The notes below the pieces were generated by a model that worked only from the letters and a program-made list of their open reading frames with translations, was not told the DNA's origin and searched no databases. Positions 25,770 to 35,071 of a stretch of DNA of 39,622 nucleotides are shown piece by piece (position 1 is the stretch's first letter; each line of letters opens with the position of its first letter). Origin of the DNA: Conidiobolus incongruus B7586 (taxonomy: Eukaryota); assembly GCA_000697335.1 (NCBI GenBank), contig JNEM01011395.1, forward strand, positions 1 to 39,622, read 5' to 3'. The position numbers and the translations under genes are program-made.

Positions 25770-26337
25770 GCTTTATAGGTTCAAGAACTCATTCTTACGA
25801 CAGCATACAATCTGTAGATTGGAGATTGGAAGGGAATCATGAATTAATGAATCCATTCCCTCGAAGAATTCTAGCTATTGCATTCCTAGACACCTTAATA
25901 TTTTCACTTTCCAACTCTTAAACCAATATTCTAGCACTCTTCACTTTATTGTGATCATTAGTCACCTTGGAAACAACTGCTTCTCTTGTATGATCCCTGG
26001 CTTCCTTGCATTTCCAAAGCTTTGATTGCTTATCAAAATGTTCCATAGTCAAATTGAAGGATGCTGAGTCGGGATCAAATTCGTGTTCCTTATCAGTGCT
26101 GCAAACGAGATCGATCCTCTTCCTGGAAATACTGAAATGTATCACATTTTCAAAGTCTTCATACCTAAAATGGTCTTGAGTCCCAGTATATCTGCCATCC
26201 TTGAAGTGTTCAGAGATTGAGATATTATATCGCGTCCTTTTAAGTTGATTCCACTCTTATTGGAAGAATTCAATGAGCATTCTAATATATTATTTAGACT
26301 CACTTAATTTGCTCTGACTATTATCATTTTAACTCAT
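25770..26337 (-). pseudogene. array copy 10, pseudogene
   Basis: FDPDSASFNLTMEHFDK...REAVVSKVTND...ILV*ELESENIKVSRNAIARILRGNGF, with terminal CRKN as in copy 7. The start ATG AGT is followed by a stop. Confidence 0.78.
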
Positions 26338-27274
26338 TAATTGACAAAATATTGAAATTTATAAAATTCAGCTTAAAAAATTGATGACAATGATTGATAA
26401 AAATTAGAAAAATACCTTGATTTCAACCGTAGGACTAAATCATATAAATTAATTACCCTATCCCAAGTTTAAAATTTAGAGTTAGTTATTTTTTATCAAT
26501 ATGGAATTCAGATTATAATATAAATTGTACCTTGAAAAACATTATTTTAATTAAAACCTGAAACTGTTAATATCATTATCAAATAAAAAATCGAAAAATA
26601 TATACTATGTTCACTTACAAGTCTTAATTTTTTTAATTCCCCAATTTTTATACAGTGATTTTATTGTTTTTTTGAAACTATTCTACACAAATTATCAACT
26701 ATTTTATAAATTCATAGAGATTATATCACTTTAATTTAAAATATAGCAATCAATATGATATTTTTACAAGATGGCATTTGGGTGATTTTATTGCAGTTTG
26801 TGAATATTACACTGATAATATTCAATTATTGGGTTAATTCATTCTCATATACTTATTAATGAATAAGATAATGAACTTTAATGGATTGAATTAGTTTTAA
26901 TTAATTCATCTAATTCAAATTTGATTTCATAAATTTCAAAATATATTATGGATATTGGGAGTTGAAAAGTGTAGTAAGAATATTATTCAATCAATATAAT
27001 AATAACTTTAATTAAATCTTACAACTTATTAATTTTGATCACTTTTATACATATTTGAAATAAACTTTGAAAAATTATTTCAATTTTTTTACATTGTTGA
27101 GGATATTAAAGATTGTTTATAAAAATGATATTTGATATATATAATGGTATCAGTTCAACATATTAATACCATATCAGTTTTGATTAACATTTAATAGATC
27201 AGATTTCCTACTGTGTACAATCCTTCAAAATTGGCTAATTTGAATTAATTCTTAAATGAATATTGATAATATAT

Positions 27275-27887
27275 TTAAATAGTATTAGAATCACGAATGC
27301 AACAATGATATCGATTTTTAAAGTCAATACCAATCTGGTATATCCCTTTCATCTAAAAGTAACCAGCGCCTTGAAAAACCTCATTCATGTACTTTATGTT
27401 GGTTTCAATATCTTGTGACTCCAATTCCTTAGCAATCATTAGGTATCCTCTATTAAGCCAATCGGGATCACTAAGAACCTTCACCAAAATCTCTTCCCTT
27501 GCATTAGCTTAACACTGTTTCTTGCAGGGATGTTCGATCCTCGCAGTATTGTCGATTTGCTCGTCTAAAAGGATGGAAAATTCTCACCAAGAGATTGAAT
27601 CCGCGCTCTACAGGTGTCTTGTACACTTCGCCCGTTGCACCCTCGGAGAAATTGGCTCTACGGGCGATTTCAGCATTAATTAAATTGATGAATCCCTTTA
27701 GGGTGATAAGTTGAGCCGTCGCAGCAATATTTAATTCGCGCCTAGATTTCGCTTTTTTGGCGTCTGGATATACCTCCTTCTGCTAAAGCTCTGAAATTTC
27801 TGCAACTGATAAATTGTTGGCATCGCAATGTAAAAAGGTTCCAAGACTTCTCTGAGATGGACTCGTGTGAATGTTTTGAGTATTCAT
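27275..27887 (-). pseudogene. array copy 11, pseudogene (absent from ORF track)
   Basis: LNIAATAQLITLKGFINLINAEIARRANFSEGATGEVYKTPVERGFN ... REEILVKVLSDPDWLNRGYLMIAKELESQDI...GAGYF*MKGIYQIGIDFKNRYHCC. Contains in-frame stops and a frameshift. Confidence 0.85.
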
Positions 27888-28059
27888 GTTGAATTAAATC
27901 ATTATTATGTAAAGATATGGATAATAGTAATTAAAATGAAAAAATATATATGGAATAGTTTTTATAATTGTAATTCTTAATTCCAAGCCAATTTAAATAT
28001 ATTTAAACTGTTAGATTACTTAATTTAAAATGCCTCCGCAAAGTATTTTACTTCATTAT

Positions 28060-28440
28060 ATTCAAAGTATTCAGTGTACAGCAAATCTTTGCAACTGGAT
28101 ATTTTACAACAAAAATTATCATCTACTACCTCTGGTTCATCTTCTGCATCACCGTTTTCATCCACATAAGCTATTTTATTTAAGATTCTAACAGTATCTT
28201 GGCTGTATGTACCTTTAATTACAATAGTAATGATTCGATAGTAAGAATTAAAACACCATGACTTTAGAATATGAAAGATCTTGAGCCAAATTTTTTAACA
28301 ATTGGTCAAAACTCTAATTGTATAAATTCTATATCTAAAGCTTCATTGATTTACTCAGGATCCACTTTGATCTTTGGTAGTGTTCTGAATAGATAACGGC
28401 CTATCATATTTTTTTTTAATTTTTTTAAGGTATTGAGATG
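28060..28440 (-). pseudogene. possible highly decayed array copy 12
   Basis: Weak SQDTVRILNKIAY resembling the HTH2 recognition helix (SRETVSQVLKEAGY). Position and strand fit the array. Confidence 0.3.
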
Positions 28441-29219
28441 ATATAGTGATTAGTTGATAAATTAAAATTATGAGTTTGTGACTTTCTAATTATCCCTATA
28501 TTTTATAAATGAAAACTTGAACTATATATTACAAATAAATCCTTGCAATATGTTTAGATTTGTGAACACATCTTAATTACAGTATAATTTATTATAAATA
28601 ATTCATTTCAATTATTGAAATATATGTTGAATATGTTAATTTCATATATGAATGTAATTCAGTAAATCAGAAATATTTTATAAATATGCAAATATATATA
28701 TATCAGTTAAAATCACACATAAAAATATTGATAAGTTTTCTTATTTTATTTAGGTTTAATCAATGTTTGAATATAATAAAAAATAATTTAAACTAATCAT
28801 TTATATATGTAAATTGATATGATTTTTGGTTAAATATCTATTAATATATCTATACTCTATGCTTTGAATATTTGCTGATATTAATAAACAATCTATATTA
28901 ACACCTTAAAATTAGGTTAATATATAAATATTACTTTGTATATTAAGTAATAAAATTAATTATAATTCTCCAATTACTTAAATATTTTATTAATTTATAG
29001 TTCAACTTATAGAAAATAACTAGATATGTTTATAGGTTTGTGGAATATATATATACATATATATTAATTTACAAAAACCTTTCATTTGAAAATATAATCA
29101 CATATTTAATCATACTTTTACTAAATATTAAAATTTAATAACTTTTAATTTTAGTATAACCAAAATTCTATTATAAACCTTATAAATTTTTTTTAAATTT
29201 ATATACAAATTATAAAGAT

Positions 29220-29602
29220 TACTAAAAGGCTAGTTCTCTAAATTCTTATATATATTTCTATATAATTCAATTAATTATAAAATATATGATTAATTTATAC
29301 TTTTATAGCAAAATTAATTATATAAATAGTATTGAATAATTTAATAAACTAGGTTTTTCTTTTTTCTCTCAATTCTTACTATTTATTGTCTTTTATATTA
29401 TCTCTTAAAATTGAAACTATATTCTGTTAATATTATAATATATTGATATTACCTAATATAAATCTTAATATATTAGTGACTTATTTTAGTTTAAAGCTTA
29501 ATCACACTTTTTTTACACCTTTATATTATATTGTTATATTCTATGCTATATTGTTTTATATTAAGTTTTTCTCTACACTATATTAGTTTAACCACCACTA
29601 TA
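29220..29602 (-). repeat. ~385 bp dispersed repeat, putative solo LTR (copy B, inverted relative to 293-689)
   Basis: Reverse complement aligns to 293-689, with differences dominated by C/T and G/A. Confidence 0.7.
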
Positions 29603-29879
29603 TTTATAAAAATAATATCTTATTTAAAATCACTAATTATAAGTGAATTTATAAACTTAAAAGGAAAATCATTTAAAATTTATTAATTTGTAATATTTTT
29701 CATTTCTATTCATTTCTAAATAAGTATAATGAAATTAATAAAAGAAATATTATGAAAAACACCTTATTAGTTGATTTAAAATGATTTTAAAGCACTTCAA
29801 TTATAGTTGTATATATGTTATATATTATAAAATTCAAATTTGGATTTAATAATAAAAATATAAAATAAATATTTTAAAA

Positions 29880-30070
29880 ATTTTATTGGCTTAAAAAACC
29901 TAAAATAACTATACCTAATTCAAACCCATTAGAATATATCTAAATACCAAGCCTTTATATCCAATTATTATAATTAATGTACTATAAATCCTCTAAAATA
30001 TCCTTATTATTAAAATCTTAATAAATTATTGATATAAAGTAAAAAATAACTTTTATAAATCCTAATTAAC
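29880..30070 (+). pseudogene. possible Tc1 transposase C-terminal fragment
   Basis: 29914-29943 reads PNSNPLEYI*, matching PDLNPIEHLW. It is preceded by YWLKKPKIT, with an apparent deletion. Confidence 0.4.
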
Positions 30071-30099
30071 AAGCTTTATATTTTTAATTTAATTTTCGT

Positions 30100-30517
30100 T
30101 ATTAAAATATATTTCAATAATATAAAAAAATTTTATATAGTTTTTGAAGGTAGGAGGATTAATAATAAATGTTATATTTATTAAATTTTTTTAATTAGTA
30201 TTTGGAAACAAATTGGAAATGCATAATGTTTTGCATAAAAATTATAAATTATACAGAAATAAAGTGGTAGAATATTTTTCTTAATAAAAATAAATAAAGA
30301 AACTACCATATGAAGCAACCTCACTGGATTATAGCCCTTGGGATTGTAAATACTTTGAGCAATTAAAAAATACTTGCAAAAAACAAATTTGAGCCAATAG
30401 AAAAAATTGTTGATGAAAAATAATATGTTCCAATTCTTAATAATAGAAATGCTTTTTGGTATTAGAAATTGGTTAAAAGAATAATAAAGAGTTATTAATA
30501 ATAATATTGTGTATTAA
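30100..30517 (+). mobile_element. mariner (DD34D-type) transposase relic, C-terminal half
   Basis: EGRRINNKCYIY*I (=G.TIN...Y..QL), VLHKNYKLY (=LHDN..PH), KLPYEATSLDYSPWDCKYFEQLKN (=LPHP.YSPDL.P.D..LF..LKN), FGIRNWLKE**RVINNNIVY* (=GI..LP.RWQ.VI..DG.Y). There are 34 residues between the second catalytic position and the final D. Confidence 0.7.
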
Positions 30518-31587
30518 TTGTATATATTTTATTTTATAAATTTTTTATTGAGCAATATGCTTAAATTTGATTATAAGTATCAATGCGTGATCTTATTTTT
30601 AATATAAAAAATCAAAAACTCAAAACAATTATTCGTTTGATTTCTAATTTAATAAATATAAATTAATAACCTAATATAACTTCTATATTTGGCAAAAGTA
30701 AAAAATATGTAGTGTTTAATTGATTAATTATGATATCTAAGAAATCCAATCACTTTGATTTAAAATTATTTGAAAAACATTTGATCTTAATTATTGTTTC
30801 AAATTTATAGACTAAATTAATTTTTATATATGGTTAATTCTTTGTGGTCATTAACTCTCAAAGATGTTACTAGTTATATAAGTGATTCAAGCTATGTTTA
30901 AATTCTTTATTAAAATAATCCGTATTTATAAAAATAGATATCAACTCTAAGTTTTGTCATTGGTTTGCTAACATCATCGTTCAAAATATTACACTATTAA
31001 AAATATTTCATGTTAATTTGATTTTTAATTGTGAAAATTGTAACCAAGATAAAAAAACATAATATGATTAAAAAATTGAAATAAATTTATTTGAATATTA
31101 TTTGATTAAGAACTAACCATGATCAATTGATATGATGAGTTATATAACAAGTTGATAATAACTGAAAATTAAAAGTTTGCGTAGATATATGTTTTCAATC
31201 GAATTTTCTTATGATTTAATATTTGATGAATATATTAAATAAATTTAATAACCTCCAACTTAACAATCAAGTGATTTCCATAATACTTATTGAATAAGAT
31301 TATGCCAATTTTATACTCCAAAGAGAATTAAAATTCCTTTTGACTTCAGTACTTTGATATATTTATTTAATACTTAATATCATTTTCAAAATTTAATAAA
31401 TTTACCAATTTGCAAAAAATTTTTTTGCAATGACTAAATGAATGAGAATAGTTGGCCCAATTTCAATCGAAAATTATCCCACAATATAATCAAGAATTAA
31501 ATTAGATTAAAATTACTTATCACATATATTCAAAGTTGATGGCATATTAATTCTAGATCAAAAAAATACAAATTAAAAATTTAAAAT

Positions 31588-32610
31588 ATGGCAAAAATTC
31601 AAAGTCCTCCATTATTCGATCCCGATCGCAGTACGGATCAATTCTCCAGTTACGAATTACAACGTTTGAAAGCTATTGAAAATAACAGGAAGATGTTAGA
31701 ACAATTGTTTATTCCTAGTTTAATACCAGATATCAAGCCTTCAACCATTAAGAATGAGTCTAGTTCGCCAGAATTGAAATCTAAGCCCAAGCCAAAATTG
31801 ATTAAAAAGGTTTATTTGACCAGGGCTCAAGCTAAGGAGAAGGGAATATATATGGCAGATGCTTTGAAGAAGGAGCGCAAGGGTCCCATGACTAGGACAG
31901 CTAGAAAGAAGTTGGAGGAGGAGAGGAATGCTAGAGAAGTTATGGATATCAATGGCGAAAATATGGATGAAATTCAAAGGCGATTTCCCAAGCATCCCAA
32001 AGTGAATCACTTTGGTCATATACCAGGTATTCCGGTTGGCACCATTTTCAAAAGTAGGATGGAATGCTCGGAAGCTGGAGTACATCGGTAATAACCTATG
32101 ATCTACCACTATCTTTATTAAAACTAACTCTAATTCTTCTAGTCCCACGGTAGCTGGAATTTACGGTACAAGCGATAAAGGCTGCTACAGTATTTGCTTT
32201 TCGGGGGCAAGTGAATATCCACCACCACAATGATCCATTCAATTAACCACATGATTTAGGGCTATGCGGACGATATCGACCAAGGCGAATGCATTTTATT
32301 TTCAGGATCGGGTGGCCGAGATCTCAAAGGAACTAAAGCCAAACCTAAAAATTTGAGAACTGCACCCCAGACATTTGACCAAGAGTGGACTAAATCTAAC
32401 TTGATGCTCAAAATTTCAGCAGATAACAATCGTCCTATCCGAGTGGTTCGCGGCTACAAGGGCAAAGCTCCCTATGCGCCCGCAGAAGGCTACAGATACG
32501 ATGGATTATATAAAGTGGTGGAATACACCAGAAAGAGGGGGAAATCAGGATTTTTAATATGTCAATTTAAGCTGAAGAGGCTTCCCAATCAACCTCCATT
32601 AAAATATTAA
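31588..32610 (+). CDS. stand-alone SRA/YDG-domain protein (UHRF1-SRA-like methylcytosine reader), 304 aa; exons 31588-32087, 32143-32206, 32260-32610
   Basis: Splicing reconstitutes the SRA motifs FGHIPGIPVG..F.SRMECSEAGVHRPTVAGIYG, CYSICFSGGYADDIDQG, SGSGGRDL.G, RTAPQT.DQ, PIRVVRG, YAP.EGYRYDGLYKV, QFKLKRLPNQP. Intron 1 is GTAATA..CTAAC..TAG (55 nt); intron 2 is GCAAGT..TTAAC..TAG (53 nt). Confidence 0.92.
32207..32259 (+). other. non-canonical GC-AG intron in the SRA gene
   Basis: Only the G|GCAAGT donor keeps the frame and restores SGGYxDD. The nearby GT at 32211 gives a frameshift with this acceptor. Confidence 0.8.
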
Positions 32611-33134
32611 CAACATTTAATTTAATCAATAATATTTTTCATATTTTTAAGGATTGTACTATTTGATATTTGAAATAAATATTTATATTTTATTATTTTG
32701 ATTTAATTTTTTTTAAATTCAATTTTATATTTTTAAATTTAAAAAATAATTCAATTATTTTCAATTGAAAAAATTATTATTTAATATATCCTTTTAAATT
32801 TACTAAATTTTTAATTCATACTAAATTAATTTTTAAAAAAATTAAAAATTAATTATCAATAAAAAAACAAAAGATAATAATTAAATTTTATTAATATAAA
32901 TAATATTTTTTTTCTGATTGTAAGGACCTAATATAATTAAAAAGAGTTAAGTTATATATAAAATGAATATCATTTTAAAGGAAAAGAATTTAATATATAA
33001 AAAATGATATTAAAGACGAATAAATTATATATTAAAATTAGAATCGTGAAAGGTATATATGAAGATTATTGAATAAAATATTGAGAATAGTAATTCGAAC
33101 TCTTTCTAGATTTAATTTTAAACTCCATCATCAA

Positions 33135-33206
33135 TCCGATATGGTCCAGTGGCTAGGATTTCTCGCTCTCACCGAGACGGCCAGGGTTCGATTCCCTGTA
33201 TCGGAG
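33135..33206 (+). tRNA. tRNA-Glu(CTC): tRNA-Glu, anticodon CTC, intronless
   Basis: 72 nt cloverleaf: acceptor TCCGATA/TATCGGA, D arm with TGG..AGTGG, anticodon stem TCTCG/CGAGA with loop CT-CTC-AC, T arm CAGGG-TTCGATT-CCCTG. No encoded CCA. Confidence 0.97.
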
Positions 33207-33227
33207 ATATTCCTTATTTTGATGTCA

Positions 33228-33233
33228 TTTTTT
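33228..33233 (+). terminator. RNA polymerase III oligo-T terminator
   Basis: T6 run 22 nt downstream of the tRNA. Confidence 0.6.
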
Positions 33234-33758
33234 CAAAGTTCATATATATTATTATTTTCACAAATTTTTAATTCATTTCTCTTGGGAATTTTTTTTAAAA
33301 TCAATTTTTTATTATTAAGAATTAAGTTATTAATTATTTATATTAGTGTATTTAATAGATCAAATTATAACATATTAGTTTGTATCTCAATAGTTAAAAT
33401 ATAATACGTTTAAAAAGATTCACAGAACAAAATACTTTGATATTGATTAATTTTGATTTTGGAGGATTCATATAAATTTGGCCGTAACTAGTCTTAGAAA
33501 CATTAAGTGTAAAATGGATATTCAATTTCTATAAATTATTATTGAGAATTGTACATTTAACATTAGTAAATATAAATTTCATATAGCCTAAATTTGAGCT
33601 TTAAATAAATTAATATATAATTTTTAAAACAAGGTCTATCTATTCCAAAGGCAGCCAAATAGAATATATTATTGAATCGACAATCTGAATTGAATTTCCA
33701 TTAACCAAAAAAGACCACTTACCTAGCAAACAATCCCAATCCAATTCCAACAACATAA

Positions 33759-34322
33759 CTATCATTCAATATTCCACTCCCACATAACTACCAATCCCAT
33801 ACAAGCGACCGACCCAAGATCCCAACTCCAGATAAGTCGAATCCAGCGCAAAAGAAGACAATTCACTTAACAAAAAAATCCAAAACAAATTATGGTGCAG
33901 TTACCGGGGCAGCAATCATCTGTTTAAAAGCATATGTAAGCATGAAGCCCTCTAAAGTCTCACAAATCTTCAATATGGACAGACGAACAACCTCAAATAC
34001 TTACAATAAAAACTTGGGACGCGGTCTCAAACCCGAGTCCAATCCCTTAAATTTGAGACTTGAGCATTTGAAGGATGTGCCTAGGAGTGGGAGGCCTAAA
34101 ATAAGGGAGAACATTATGACTGCAATTCCAAAAGAGATTGGGAATGGGAGTTTGGAGAAGGATTGCTCTGATATTGTCCCAGAGTTTGTATCTGAGGGTT
34201 TGAAGGTGAGCAGAGAGAGCGCTACCCGAGTTGTGGGGGAATCGGGATATGTTTGGAAGTATTGCCAAATACAAATTGGAGATATTATAAGAATGAAATG
34301 TTATTGGAAAAAAGCAAAATGA
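33759..34322 (+). pseudogene. array paralog 13, displaced and inverted; DNA-binding part open, 5' end frameshifted
   Basis: Homology (VTGAAIICLKAYVS) extends in frame upstream of the ATG at 33942. The frame is open back to a TAA at 33756-58 with no ATG, and KRPTQD (cf. KRPHED in copy 6) lies in another frame. Retains PRSGRPK, SEGLKVSRESATRVVGESGY.W and QIG...KCYW. Confidence 0.78.
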
Positions 34323-35071
34323 ATAATATTTCAAAATTGTTTTAATTATTATTTTATTCCACTTAATTTATAGCAATTTAATGAATACCTTTTTTGATTA
34401 TTTAAAATATTATAAACCAATAAAAAATCTTAAATAAATTCCATTAACTATTTTTTTAGAGTAGTTTTTGATAATTTCATAATTATTCAATATGGATTGA
34501 ATATATCAATTCAAAAGCTATGATGTAGTTATAACATTATTCAATTCAATTCAACACTAATACTGAATTTATCAAATCGACTCCAATATATCAGAAATTA
34601 AAAAAGATTTTCAACATTAAAATTAATAAAATTATAATAAATAGCTTTCAAAACTAGATAATTTTTATATCTATATTTTAAAGAAAAATCTATCAAAATT
34701 TTAAAAAATTATCAAATTGAGTTACTATTCCAAATATTTATGATTATTAAAAAATCAATAAGGTGTAATGGAAAATTTAACAATTATAAAAAAATCATTC
34801 TAAATAATAGCAAATAATTGCTAAAAATTTAAATGGTTTTATAATAATAAAAATAATCAGTATTGAATCAAAAATTATTTATTTGTAAGTTGAAGTAACT
34901 CTAACTATTGAATCTGATATAATTTTAGAAATTTTGAATCAGGTTATGAAAGTATAATAAAAAATAATTTTTGAAAAAAAATGAACTGTCTATAACAACC
35001 ACTAATAAATCGTTTAAATATCAAAATTTATAACAGTATTAACTAAATCCTATAGTTCTATATTTCGACTA

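Noticed and set aside
10478..28440. Interpretation as active IS630/Tc1 transposons, a CRISPR array or a prokaryotic operon
   Set aside because: No DDE domains or TIRs, and no short regularly spaced direct repeats. Spliceosomal introns and a CCA-less tRNA show the DNA is eukaryotic.
33069..33404. 111 aa ORF overlapping the tRNA
   Set aside because: TTG start, AT-rich low-information translation, and fully explained by the tRNA gene and its flanks.
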